Assembly: GCA_038534095.1 (NCBI GenBank)
Contig: JBCAXK010000009.1
Span: 1 to 42,616, forward strand
DNA length: 42,616 bases
Reading direction: 5' to 3'
Source of the DNA: Chlamydiota bacterium
GTDB lineage: Bacteria; Chlamydiota; Chlamydiia; Chlamydiales; SM23-39
This document shows positions 18,449-28,290 of this stretch, one piece after another. The position numbers were made by a program, and so were the translations under genes. Under the pieces are notes generated by a model. The model saw only the letters and a program-made list of their open reading frames with translations, was not told where the DNA came from and made no database searches. Each line of letters opens with the position of its first letter. Within the stretch, counting starts at the first letter, position 1.

Positions 18449-21328
18449 TCAATCACTAGAAGAGCTTTGAAGAAGAGTGAGGAGGTCTGCGTTCGACAAA
18501 GGATCATAGGCAAAGGGTCTTCCCAAAGCTCCTTGATAGGTCAAGCCGAGTCGTTTGGTATTTCCTCGGCTAAGCCAATCCTTAGTAAAGTGAGCGAACT
18601 CCTCATACGAGAGCATTTGTAGCGCTTCTTTTTTTTCTTCTTGGTAAAGAAAATTCTCTTTACGCCGAAAAGCCATATCGTAAAAAAGAGAAGTCTTTTT
18701 GGCTAAGTTTCTATGCGGTTTTTCTAGCTCTGCAACAAGACTATCTCGGATGCTTTCAAAACGTTTTTGTGGGAATTTTGAGGGAAACTCTTGCAGAAAG
18801 GTCTCAATGAAGAGCTCAAAACGGTAGAGAAGGTCCATCGCCGTATGACTGCTCGATTGCACAAGGAAGTTTTGGTACAAGTGATCTTCGATATCAGATG
18901 GAGAGGCAGAAGCGATGTAGGCCGTATTCTGCTCTGTTCTTAAGGTGTGGAAAAATCCCTCGTGCAGGGCTTTTGCTAAAATCGATTGAGAGGCTTTTTT
19001 CGGGCCACTACTTGGCCCTTGATCAATCGTGAGGATCACGCCTGTCCCATTTGAAAGAGCCTCTCTTTGAAGGTAATAGGGTCCTGCTTCTTCGGGAAGC
19101 GTAAGAGGAAGAAATTTGGGAAGGGATTCCTTAGGATAGACTTCAGGTTCGAGAAGAGAGGCTACGTCGATCCAGATAACCTCCGCCTCTTTTCTGCTGA
19201 GATTTCCGGATAAAAACCCTTCTACATAGGCCTTGTGAAAGAGCGTTTTTTGCCAGGAGATGAGATCTTCATAAGAGAGATTTTTCAAGGCGAGCGCTTT
19301 TTCTTGTTTTGTATGGTGATCTTGCCGAAGAAGACTCTGCAAAAGATCGATCCCTTGATGGATGGGCAAATCATGCTTGCTGTTGGAAAAATATTTTTGT
19401 AACGCCGTTTTCGCAAGCGTGAAATTTGCGTGGTCGATAGGAGAAGCAAGAAGAGTGCGTAAACACTCTTCAAGGAGGAGGGACGCTTTTTCCGAATACC
19501 CTTCCACCTGGATCTGCAAGGCCCCCTTTTTGTATCCAAAGTGGATGCTTAGCCCAGCGGCGGCAGCAGATAGGGTGGTTGGAGCCAACTTTTTTTCCAT
19601 GATTTCTAGATAAAGGTCCATGAAAAGAGCGCTTTGGATGCTTTTGTCGATCTTTGGGCTATGAATCTGCACGATGTGCATCACCTCGGGAGAAGAAAAT
19701 TCATGCCCTTGCATCAAAAACATTTTTCCCAAAGCGTTATCGATGAATTTTACCGGTTTTTGCAGCGCCTCTTCTTTAGGAACGATCGTGAGATTTTTCG
19801 GAAGATAGAGATTGGGGGTTGCAAGACGGATATCGGGGTGGGTAGGCGCATTTTTCCAAGCGAGCATTTCCCCTCGAGAAAGGGGAGCTTGTTCGTAGGA
19901 CACTCCCATCCAACGCTCCTTTTTCGTGTAGGGGAAGGGAGCATTTTTTTCTGCAGTGATCAAGACAAAATGGGCCCTTTCAGGAGTCAGTAGATCGAGG
20001 GCTTTAGCCACTTTTTTTGCGTCAAAAGATGAAGCGAGCAAAGTTTTTTTGGGATAGGTCGCAAGGTCTTCTTGCAAAAGATCTTGAGCATGTTGCATCA
20101 CAAATTGATAGGGCTTTTGTCGGACTTGGTAGGCGTAGGAAAGCTCTTGCATCGTGTTTCTTTCATGGAACAGATAGAGGGGAATCGAAGAGCGCTTTAA
20201 GCCATAAATGGCAGAGAATAGATGGGAAATCACGCTCTCTTTTTCTTGAACCCCCTTTTTTGTAAGAGCAAGGTCGATACAAAGTAGGGGATAAGCTCCT
20301 CCAAGGTGGGTCGTGTACATCTGCGCCGAGTCGATCAGTTCTTCTTTTTGTAACAGCTCTGAAACGCTCCACTTTTGTCCTCTTGAAAGAGCGTAGGTAA
20401 TCAGTTCTAAAGATTTGCTTTCATCGTCTAAAAATTCTTGGGGTAGCTCCCAACGGATTTTCAAAACATCTAAATCCTTTACAGGGTCAATATAGGTCAT
20501 GGAGGAAGAGTTTGCTTTCTCAAAAAGAGTCGGAAGGGGAGGAGAAGAGGGTTTAGAGCGTTTTGGGACGGAGCTGAATTTTTCGGTGATGAGCTCTTGT
20601 AACTCTGGAAGAGAGTTTGGAGCGTAGACCACAAGACACATTTCGCTTGCGCTGTAATGATCGGTGAACCAACGTTGCACCCGCTCAGCAGGGATTTTTC
20701 CCAGGGTTTTTGCGTTCCCTGTTGAGAATTTTCTATGAGGATGATCGGGATGACAAAGTTCTTTGAAGACCATATATTCACGCCGGAAGTCATTGACAAC
20801 GTTTTTCTCATGTTCTTGATCCACATTGAGCAGTTCGGCCGCAATACAAGAGGGGTCTAAACGGGGAGCGATAAAAAACTCAGAAAAGCGGTCAAGCCCT
20901 TCCGAAAAATGGTCCGCATCGATGGAAAACATGTAGAGCGTTTTTTCAGGCCAGGTGCACGCGTTGGCTGTCCCACTATGGTCGGATAAAAAATTCCAAA
21001 ACCCGTTGGTTTTAGGATACTTTTCTGTTCCCATAAACAGCATGTGTTCTAAGAGGTGAGCAAGACCTGGAAACTCTTCAGGATCTTGCCAAGAACCGGC
21101 GCGAACGCTGAGAGCGCAAGCGGCTTGTTCTGCATCTGGATCGGCTATGACATAGACATCCATCCCATTTGAGAGGCGGAACTTGCCCTGCTCCCAGTTT
21201 TGCAAAGAGGGGGTTTTGATGGTCAGACCTGAAATGTCTTTGATGGTTTCCAAGGTGGCATCTCCAAGTAAGCTACTCACGCTCAAAAGAGCGCTCCAAA
21301 ATACTAGTTTCATGGTTGGGTTCCTCAT
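18449..21328 (-). CDS. ptr: Insulinase/pitrilysin family (M16A) secreted metalloprotease
   Basis: PGLAHLLEHMLFMGTEKYP (inverted HxxEH), an N-terminal signal peptide and LRTEQNTAY. ptr-plsB-rng synteny. Confidence 0.93.
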   Translation of the reverse strand: MRNPTMKLVFWSALLSVSSLLGDATLETIKDISGLTIKTPSLQNWEQGKFRLSNGMDVYVIADPDAEQAACALSVRAGSWQDPEEFPGLAHLLEHMLFMGTEKYPKTNGFWNFLSDHSGTANACTWPEKTLYMFSIDADHFSEGLDRFSEFFIAPRLDPSCIAAELLNVDQEHEKNVVNDFRREYMVFKELCHPDHPHRKFSTGNAKTLGKIPAERVQRWFTDHYSASEMCLVVYAPNSLPELQELITEKFSSVPKRSKPSSPPLPTLFEKANSSSMTYIDPVKDLDVLKIRWELPQEFLDDESKSLELITYALSRGQKWSVSELLQKEELIDSAQMYTTHLGGAYPLLCIDLALTKKGVQEKESVISHLFSAIYGLKRSSIPLYLFHERNTMQELSYAYQVRQKPYQFVMQHAQDLLQEDLATYPKKTLLASSFDAKKVAKALDLLTPERAHFVLITAEKNAPFPYTKKERWMGVSYEQAPLSRGEMLAWKNAPTHPDIRLATPNLYLPKNLTIVPKEEALQKPVKFIDNALGKMFLMQGHEFSSPEVMHIVQIHSPKIDKSIQSALFMDLYLEIMEKKLAPTTLSAAAAGLSIHFGYKKGALQIQVEGYSEKASLLLEECLRTLLASPIDHANFTLAKTALQKYFSNSKHDLPIHQGIDLLQSLLRQDHHTKQEKALALKNLSYEDLISWQKTLFHKAYVEGFLSGNLSRKEAEVIWIDVASLLEPEVYPKESLPKFLPLTLPEEAGPYYLQREALSNGTGVILTIDQGPSSGPKKASQSILAKALHEGFFHTLRTEQNTAYIASASPSDIEDHLYQNFLVQSSSHTAMDLLYRFELFIETFLQEFPSKFPQKRFESIRDSLVAELEKPHRNLAKKTSLFYDMAFRRKENFLYQEEKKEALQMLSYEEFAHFTKDWLSRGNTKRLGLTYQGALGRPFAYDPLSNADLLTLLQSSSSD

Positions 21329-21329
21329 T

Positions 21330-22343
21330 TCATAATTGTTGATAACCGTCTAACACGCAGGAATAAATCATCTCTTTTAGAAGACAACGTTGTTCTTTTT
21401 TGCTCAAGGTTTTTTTTGATAGAGGTTTTGATAGGTCCATTTCTTCTCCAAAGTAGACCCCAATAGGAACCCGTTTTAGCTCCCGTTTTTCCCCTATGGC
21501 GAGTTGAGGATCTTCTGGCGGGGGGGCCAAAGCGTATGTTTTTAGAGAAAGGGGGTAAAAATGGGTAGTTTTCGCAGAGCTCATGCCGATTAGGTGGAGA
21601 AGGGAGATGCTTTTTTCATCAAAAGGAGCCAGAGATACGGCGTTTTTCTGCAGTTTCCGGTCGCGCCCTCCACTGGGAGCTACGTAGACGCAGAGCCCCC
21701 CTTGATCAAGAGCTTTGCCTAAAAGGCGTAAGGTTTTTTTGTTGTGTTCTTGCTTTTCGGTTTTTTTCTCGGGAGGCGTTGCAATGTATTTTCTAGAGTA
21801 GATGCAAAATAGGGAGCAACCCATGCTAAAAGGAATTGCCATGGGATCCTTGAGCACCCGTTCGCCAGCAACAAATGTGATGTTTTTTGCAAGCCAAGGG
21901 TGGGACTTTTCTATCAGGACGGGGAGGATCTGCGCATCGAGCTCGGTTTGATGATTGGCAAAGAGCAGCACATTTTCCTTTTTTTTGAGCTGCTCTTCCA
22001 TCAGAGAAAGGGCGCTTGTTCCAAAGATGGTGGAGCGTTTTTCATCAATAAGAGGGCGAACAAAGTCTTTCCCAAAGGCTTCATAGTCATAAGGAGCGAT
22101 GACCTTTTGATGGTGGGGCAAGAATGTGAAAGGAGAGCGTAGCTCCTTTTCTACAAGGCGGGTTAGCTCTTTGAAACGCGCAAGCAGCGTTTCTTCTGGA
22201 TAAAATCCCTTTGCTGACTCCGAATAATCATCAAACGCTGCGCGCAAAGTATCCACGATGCTAGGAGTCAAAAAACCATTTTTCTTACAGGATGCAAGGA
22301 AATTGTGGTAACGTTCTTGCACCTTAGACTTCGATTCGTTCAT
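21330..22343 (-). CDS. plsB: Glycerol-3-phosphate acyltransferase (chlamydial/plastid type)
   Basis: FANHQTELD (HxxxxD), VAGERV..DP, PFSMG and VAPSGGRDR. Confidence 0.92.
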   Translation of the reverse strand: MNESKSKVQERYHNFLASCKKNGFLTPSIVDTLRAAFDDYSESAKGFYPEETLLARFKELTRLVEKELRSPFTFLPHHQKVIAPYDYEAFGKDFVRPLIDEKRSTIFGTSALSLMEEQLKKKENVLLFANHQTELDAQILPVLIEKSHPWLAKNITFVAGERVLKDPMAIPFSMGCSLFCIYSRKYIATPPEKKTEKQEHNKKTLRLLGKALDQGGLCVYVAPSGGRDRKLQKNAVSLAPFDEKSISLLHLIGMSSAKTTHFYPLSLKTYALAPPPEDPQLAIGEKRELKRVPIGVYFGEEMDLSKPLSKKTLSKKEQRCLLKEMIYSCVLDGYQQL

Positions 22344-23868
22344 GATGGATTGTCGAGTAAAAGTAGTATTCGTTCATATGCAGGCGATCATCTATGCCAA
22401 ATTCGATATGGGCACTGGCTTTGCTGGCGAGCGTTTTCAAAAAAGTTTTGTCGGTGACTTCCAGGTAATTGTCAAAGTCGGGATGGGTAACCAGTCTGAG
22501 AGCAAAAGGATTTTTTGCATCAAGGAGTTTGCGTAGTGCCCGCTCGATTTCGACAGCAACCGTTTCATGATTTTTGACAAGGCCTGACCCAGAGCAGTAG
22601 GGACATTTTGTAAAAAGGGTTTGCAGCAGAGACTCCCGGTTTCTTGAGCGGGTCATTTCCACAAGACCAAATTCACTCATGCTCAAGATGGAGCATTTTG
22701 CCGTATCCTCTTTCATCATTTCTCGCAGTTTGTCAAGAACGCGCCGCTGGTTTTTTCGGACACGCATATCAATGAAGTCGCAAATGATGAGACCGCCAAT
22801 ATTTCGGATTCTCAGCTGCTTAGCAATCTCCTCAGCCGCCTCTAAATTGATGCGCACAAGGCTTTCTTCTACGTCTCCTTTGGACGACGATTCTAGGGAC
22901 CTTCCCGAGTTGACATCGACCGTATACATCGCTTCTGTCCGATCAAAATAGAGGTAGCCACCACAAGGTAGCCAGATTTTTCTTTTTGAGGCTTTACTGA
23001 TCTCTTTTTCTACAGAAAACCGCTCAAACATGGGCGTTTTATCCCGGTACATTTCTACTTTGAGAGGATGCTCTTTTTCATATTTTCTATAGATTTTTTT
23101 GCAACGCTGGTACGTAGCATAATCATCGATCAAAATGCGGTCATATTTCTTATCGATAGCGGTCACAACTGCTTTTTTTAGGAGATCGGTCTCCTCGTAC
23201 AAAAGGGAAGGCCCTGACGCTGCGTGGAAATTTTCAACAACTTGTTCCCAGGAGCGCAGAAGGTCGGTCGCCTCATCGATCAGCATGTCGGTTGTGGCAT
23301 TTTGGGAAGCGGTGCGGCAGATAAGCCCCATATCTTGCGGCATTTCAAACGACCGAATGAGCTTCTTAAGACGGTCACGAGCAAAACGATCTTCAATTTT
23401 TCTCGAAACGCCCCGATGTGTGCTATTCGGTAGAAGAACAAGATAACGACCTGCAATGGAGATGTTGGAGGTGAGCCTTGCCCCTTTGCTACCAATGGGC
23501 TCTTTGACCACTTGAACTAACACCGATTGTTCTGGCTTTAGCAGTTGGGTAATGTCTTCTTCCTTCGAAGAGGGGAGATCTGCCTTAGCGGGATCTTGAC
23601 CTAAGTCAAAATCCATATCGAACATTTCTTCAAATTTTTTCGTATTTTCTAAAATGTCACTAATGTGGATGAATCCATTTTCTTCTTCATGAATATCGAC
23701 AAAAGCAGATTGGATATTGTGGAGAAGGTTTTTTACTTTGCCTCGGTAGATATTTCCGGTCATTTGGCGTGATTTCTTACGTTCGACAATCAGGTCGTAG
23801 AGCTTACCATATTTTAAATAAGCAAGGCGGGTTTCTTTGGATTCAATATTGAGTAAAATTTCTTGCAT
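22324..23868 (-). CDS. rng: Ribonuclease E/G family
   Basis: S1 domain GNIYRGKV..AFVDI, KGARLTSNIS, VDVNSG, LRIRNIGGLIICDFIDM and CPYCSGSG. Confidence 0.95.
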   Translation of the reverse strand: MQEILLNIESKETRLAYLKYGKLYDLIVERKKSRQMTGNIYRGKVKNLLHNIQSAFVDIHEEENGFIHISDILENTKKFEEMFDMDFDLGQDPAKADLPSSKEEDITQLLKPEQSVLVQVVKEPIGSKGARLTSNISIAGRYLVLLPNSTHRGVSRKIEDRFARDRLKKLIRSFEMPQDMGLICRTASQNATTDMLIDEATDLLRSWEQVVENFHAASGPSLLYEETDLLKKAVVTAIDKKYDRILIDDYATYQRCKKIYRKYEKEHPLKVEMYRDKTPMFERFSVEKEISKASKRKIWLPCGGYLYFDRTEAMYTVDVNSGRSLESSSKGDVEESLVRINLEAAEEIAKQLRIRNIGGLIICDFIDMRVRKNQRRVLDKLREMMKEDTAKCSILSMSEFGLVEMTRSRNRESLLQTLFTKCPYCSGSGLVKNHETVAVEIERALRKLLDAKNPFALRLVTHPDFDNYLEVTDKTFLKTLASKASAHIEFGIDDRLHMNEYYFYSTIHHERIEV

Positions 23869-24033
23869 GGAGCATCTCTTTATTAAGTTAATAGGCGAAG
23901 ATTTGCCATAGAGTCATAGGAGGTAATGCATACACATTGTAACGTTTTTTTTTTTCTTTTCCTAGGGAAATACCTAGGAAGTTTTCGGTTCGCCTGCCCA
24001 GAGTTTTCGTGAGTGAAGGCGCGTTTGTTTGGT

Positions 24034-25005
24034 TCAAAAGCATTCTGTAATTTTTCGGATCAGGTCGCTTTTGATGAGACGGAGAGCGTTTTTGATCGAA
24101 GCAAATACTTCCCCTATTTTCGTATTCCCGTGGCATTTAAGAATCAGCCCTTCGGTTCCCAGAAGAAGCGCACCTGGATGTGACTTGACAAAGGGAAAAT
24201 GGGCAGAGGTCTCTTCCTTGCAGAAGGTTCCACGTTGTTCTTGGAGTACATCGACTAGAGCTTCGGCGGTTTTTAAGAAAATATTGCCTGAAAATCCGTC
24301 GGTTACCACAAGGTCTGCTTCCCCCTCAAAAATGGCTTTCGGTTCGATATTGCCAAGAAAAGCAAATTGTTTTGGATGATTTTGTAACAGTTTGTAACAG
24401 TTTCGTAAAAAGGTTCCCCCTTTGCTTTCTTCCCTTCCTATATTGAGAAGCGCTAGTTTGGGATGAGGAACGCCTAACGCTTTTTGGTAAGCGGATCCCA
24501 TGATCGCAAATTGCAAAAGATGCTGCTCTCGCGCAGAAGCGCTAGCGCCCACATCCAACATCGCTGTGGGGCGTTTTTTTGTTGGGAGCAAAAGACAAAG
24601 AGCGGGCCTTAACACCTGATGGATCGTTGGAAGGAAGAGCTTTGCGCAAGAGAGGATCGCTCCTGTATTTGCGCACGAAATCAGCGCATCGATGGTTCCC
24701 GTTTTGAGGGCAAAAATCCCTCGACAAAGAGAGGAATTTTGTTTGCTACGGGCAGCTTTTGCTGGAGCGTCATTCATAGTGATCACGCTAAGACAGCTTT
24801 CGTAGGACGGAAGAAGATCTTCTGGGAGGAGGTGAAAAAACGCTTTCCGCTCTTTTTGAAAGCGCTTTTCTAAATCGGGAGATCCAAAAAAATGGACTCG
24901 AAAATCCCTTGTATGCTGCTTGGTAAAAGCAAGGGTCGAGAGCAAAAAATGTAAGGGATCCATTTCCGATCCCATGAGATCTATTCCGATGGTAGGTAGA
25001 GACAA
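24034..25005 (-). CDS. plsX: Phosphate acyltransferase
   Basis: IGIDLMGSE, NTGA, RPAL, LDVGA, LLNIGREESKG, VVTDGFSGNIFLKTAE and KCHG. Confidence 0.93.
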   Translation of the reverse strand: MSLPTIGIDLMGSEMDPLHFLLSTLAFTKQHTRDFRVHFFGSPDLEKRFQKERKAFFHLLPEDLLPSYESCLSVITMNDAPAKAARSKQNSSLCRGIFALKTGTIDALISCANTGAILSCAKLFLPTIHQVLRPALCLLLPTKKRPTAMLDVGASASAREQHLLQFAIMGSAYQKALGVPHPKLALLNIGREESKGGTFLRNCYKLLQNHPKQFAFLGNIEPKAIFEGEADLVVTDGFSGNIFLKTAEALVDVLQEQRGTFCKEETSAHFPFVKSHPGALLLGTEGLILKCHGNTKIGEVFASIKNALRLIKSDLIRKITECF

Positions 25006-25039
25006 AATGTCTGACCCCGAAGATCGTTACAAAGAGCGT

Positions 25040-25216
25040 TTAGGATGGCTGCGCAAACTGCTTTTGTCTGTAATAGCCGCAAGCGGGGCAGATCCTGTGG
25101 GATTGTATGCGCGCGCCACAATTTGAGCAGGCAGAAAGTTGGACCGGCTTTTTGGCGTGGTGGGATCGTCGGGAATTTTTCCTTGCATTGGAAGTTCTAT
25201 TTCTAGGTACGGCCAT
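25040..25216 (-). CDS. rpmF: 50S ribosomal protein L32 (not in ORF track)
   Basis: Hand translation: MAVPRNRTSNARKNSRRSHHAKKPVQLSACSNCGARIQSHRICPACGYYRQKQFAQPS*. AGGAG RBS. Confidence 0.96.
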   Translation of the reverse strand: MAVPRNRTSNARKNSRRSHHAKKPVQLSACSNCGARIQSHRICPACGYYRQKQFAQPS

Positions 25217-25694
25217 AATTATCTCCTAAATCTTTCGGATCATCCAGACTAGCAAACGGGAAGTGGGGAGTATCTCCTCCAGGAGGATCCTCTTTTTTCA
25301 TAAATTTTTCTACAAACTTTCGGTTTTTACACCCTCCTGCGCACTCGGAAAATGGGGGAACTTCTAAAAGCAGCTCCTCTCGAAGAGCGTTTTGGAAATT
25401 GTACGTGGAGGAACACTCTTGCAAAGGCTTTGTCATGTAAAAATTTTTCATGGCGATTGGCACAAGGACCGTTTTATTACAAATGGAACAAGGGATTCCA
25501 ATCACAGTCGCTGCGCTTATATGCACAACCAAATGATCACTCGCAATATACGCTTCTCCCGAACAGTCGACAGGGGAAGTGAACTGGAGATCCCGATCGT
25601 TACAATCTAAAAAATCAGCGCTAACAGAAGAAGAAAAACGGTCTGTATGCCCATTTTTCAACCGATCAACATAAATGGTAAAAAAATCGCTCAT
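25203..25694 (-). CDS. YceD/DUF177 family protein
   Basis: CSIC..V, ALREELLLEVP and terminal PFASL. Canonical position upstream of rpmF. Confidence 0.85.
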   Translation of the reverse strand: MSDFFTIYVDRLKNGHTDRFSSSVSADFLDCNDRDLQFTSPVDCSGEAYIASDHLVVHISAATVIGIPCSICNKTVLVPIAMKNFYMTKPLQECSSTYNFQNALREELLLEVPPFSECAGGCKNRKFVEKFMKKEDPPGGDTPHFPFASLDDPKDLGDNYGRT

Positions 25695-25747
25695 GAATTC
25701 ATCTTTACAGCAGTAAAGCCACTTCAAACAGTTTACAAAAAAGGGGA

Positions 25748-26884
25748 TTAAACGCCAATCTCGAAAAGGATCGCCTCTTCAGCGGTTTTTCCCCGCTTTC
25801 CCAATCGATTTTGCAGTGTTTTCAAATTTTCTTTACAATCTTTGCGCCGCTCCTCATTGCTGAGCCAGTGTTTGGCCCAGTATTTGACCCGGGCAGGCGT
25901 GAGGTTAGGACCAAATAGCTCGGGGAAGATGGGCGCGTTCTCTAGGATATTGACGATGCAGTAAAAAGGGAGGTCAATGCGCAAACATTTCGCAGCAAAC
26001 AAATAATCTTTTGTAGGAATCGCAAAGGTTACTAACGTCGGAGTTCCAAATAGCGCAAGCTCCAAAGTGACCGTTCCCGAAGTGGCAATGGCCATATCGG
26101 CACTTTGCATCAAATCATGCCGCCTATCTCCGCGCACGATCTCAGCAGAAAAGTGGTTTTGTTCCATTATCGAGCGTAAAAGGGGCTCGTGCTCTTTTTT
26201 TGCGCAAGAGACGACGGGGGTTGCGCTCACTTCTTTTGCTGCAAGAATCTGTAGGGGAAAGTTTCTGTAAATCTCTTTTTTTCTGCTTCCTGGGAAAAGG
26301 GCTAACAGGGGTCCTTTTGCGTGTTTTTCCCAAGATCCCCCCTTTTTTTTACGGGACTCGTGGATAGAGATCTCCTCATAGGAAGGGTTCCCTACATAGC
26401 GCGCTTCTAAAGGAGAGTTTTGAAAAAGCGCTTCTTCAAAGGGGAAAATGGTCAATAAAAGATCTAAAGATTGTTCCATGAGGGGAATTCTTCCCTTTGA
26501 CCAGGCCCAAACCGAAGGGCAAATGTATTGAATGAGCTTTCCCTTGTACCCCTTCTTTCGCAGCGATCTTTGTAGACGGAGATTGAAACCAGGGTAATCG
26601 ATGAAGACCACACCTTTAGGGTTGAGCGCTAAGATTTTTTTGCGCAGAAAGAAAAACCAGTAAGCAATTTTTGGAAGGGAGGGGATGAGGTCAAAAAATC
26701 CCATCGTTTGTAGGCGCTCCATCGGGAAAATCAGCTCAATGCTTTCCTGCCTAAGAAAATCTCCCCCAACAGCTGCTATTTGGAGATCGGGACGGCGCTG
26801 TTGCAATTTTTGCGTGAGCTTTTGCCCGTGCGCATCACCGCTGGGTTCTCCTGTAACAACAATTAGATCAACGGTTTTTCCCAT
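25748..26884 (-). CDS. lpxB: Lipid-A-disaccharide synthase
   Basis: GEPSGDAHG, IDYPGFNLRL, CPSVWAW, IFPFE, YVGNP, FPGSRKKE and SGTVTLE. Confidence 0.95.
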   Translation of the reverse strand: MGKTVDLIVVTGEPSGDAHGQKLTQKLQQRRPDLQIAAVGGDFLRQESIELIFPMERLQTMGFFDLIPSLPKIAYWFFFLRKKILALNPKGVVFIDYPGFNLRLQRSLRKKGYKGKLIQYICPSVWAWSKGRIPLMEQSLDLLLTIFPFEEALFQNSPLEARYVGNPSYEEISIHESRKKKGGSWEKHAKGPLLALFPGSRKKEIYRNFPLQILAAKEVSATPVVSCAKKEHEPLLRSIMEQNHFSAEIVRGDRRHDLMQSADMAIATSGTVTLELALFGTPTLVTFAIPTKDYLFAAKCLRIDLPFYCIVNILENAPIFPELFGPNLTPARVKYWAKHWLSNEERRKDCKENLKTLQNRLGKRGKTAEEAILFEIGV

Positions 26885-28073
26885 GGGCGGTTTTGCGTGG
26901 TTTGCGCAATCTTCGAGATAGGACACTTGAAGAGAGCTTTTTGATTTTTTGGTAAACGGCGCTTAGGTCTGGTTGTAACTTGGCGCGCATCTCTAAAAAC
27001 TTTAGAGCAGAGGGGAGGGCTTCATCAAAGGGGATGCGAAGGCGCCTACCTGGCCGATCTTGAATCGGAGTGAAGCGGCACTGGGAAGTCAATATATAGG
27101 TCATTGCTCCCTTCATTTTCCTCGGAATTTGAAAAAATGGGGAAAAAATTTGTTCGGTTGTCTTGCTAGCGATCGCCGCGATCTCATGAAGGGTGGGAGG
27201 AGATTCTTCCGATGCGTCTTGCACGTTATGCACAAAAAGAGGGTAAGAGAGGCAAGAGAGGAGCAGAGGTCTAGAAAGGTGCTCTCGAGCCGTTTCCTCG
27301 TCAGCAATTTGTAGAAAACAGAGGATATAGTCTAGGATTTTATCCTCAAGATCGGGTAGCAAGAGTTCAAGGAATCTGTATTTGGCAAGATTATGAATGA
27401 AGGGAGCGGCAAATCCCGACTCGAGCATCCGCAGAATCTCTTCAAAGATTCTTGCTTGAGAACTTTTGATGATGTTTTTTCTACAATCTTTTAAGGCTTG
27501 CATTGTCTTTTTTTCAACAGAGAGGTTGAAGCGGGCTTGAAATTTGAGCAGTCTTAGCATCCGGACAGGGTCTTGGCAGAAACGGGCATGGGGCGGCCCG
27601 ATTGTGCGCAAAATCCGTTTTTTTGCGTCACTGTACCCTCCCACATAATCGATGATGGTGTCTGTTTCTAAATCGTAAAACAGCCCATTGATCGTAAAAT
27701 CTCTGCGCAGGACATCATCTTTTTCCGTGCCGTAGTCGTTGTCTTGTAAAATTAAAGACGCGTTTTCTACGTCCCCTGTTCTAAAGGTTGCTACCTCCAA
27801 AATCTTTTTCCCAAAACGGACATGCGCTAAACGAAATCGTTTTCCAATCAGAATGCAATTGCGAAAAAGAGCTTTGATCTCTTCTGGTTTAGCGCTTGTA
27901 GAGATGTCGAAATCTTTTGGAGGTTTTCCCATCAAAGAATCGCGGATCCATCCGCCCACGATGTAAGCGGCAAATCCATTTTCGTGGAGCTTGCGCACCA
28001 GGAAGTAGGCATGCTTATCCACTTGTTCTGGAGAGATGAGGTGCTGTTCAATAGTGTAGTATTTTGGTTCCAA
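26868..28073 (-). CDS. pcnB: Poly(A) polymerase I
   Basis: VGGWIRD, PKDFDISTSA, the PAP-specific LIGKRFRLAHVRF, RRDFTING and DPVRMLR. Confidence 0.93.
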   Translation of the reverse strand: MEPKYYTIEQHLISPEQVDKHAYFLVRKLHENGFAAYIVGGWIRDSLMGKPPKDFDISTSAKPEEIKALFRNCILIGKRFRLAHVRFGKKILEVATFRTGDVENASLILQDNDYGTEKDDVLRRDFTINGLFYDLETDTIIDYVGGYSDAKKRILRTIGPPHARFCQDPVRMLRLLKFQARFNLSVEKKTMQALKDCRKNIIKSSQARIFEEILRMLESGFAAPFIHNLAKYRFLELLLPDLEDKILDYILCFLQIADEETAREHLSRPLLLSCLSYPLFVHNVQDASEESPPTLHEIAAIASKTTEQIFSPFFQIPRKMKGAMTYILTSQCRFTPIQDRPGRRLRIPFDEALPSALKFLEMRAKLQPDLSAVYQKIKKLSSSVLSRRLRKPRKTAHGKNR

Positions 28074-28254
28074 AACGGGAGAAAAAGAGGGTGAATGAAC
28101 TCCTATTATTCTTAACTTATCAGCTTCAAGGAAAATCTGTCAATGAATGTAAAAAACCAGTTTTTGATCCTTGGCAAAAAGGGCGCCTTTTCAAGAGTCT
28201 TTTTTGCTCAAAGATTTCCGGCAAAATTCCGTTGCTATTTTCAAAGAGAGAGCC

Positions 28255-28283
28255 TTGTCAATTACCAAAAAAGGGGGTAAGAT
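28255..28283 (+). promoter_or_regulatory. Putative sigma66 promoter of tyrP
   Basis: TTGTCA-17 nt-TAAGAT, 7 nt before ATG 28291. Confidence 0.55.
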
Positions 28284-28290
28284 TTGCTAG

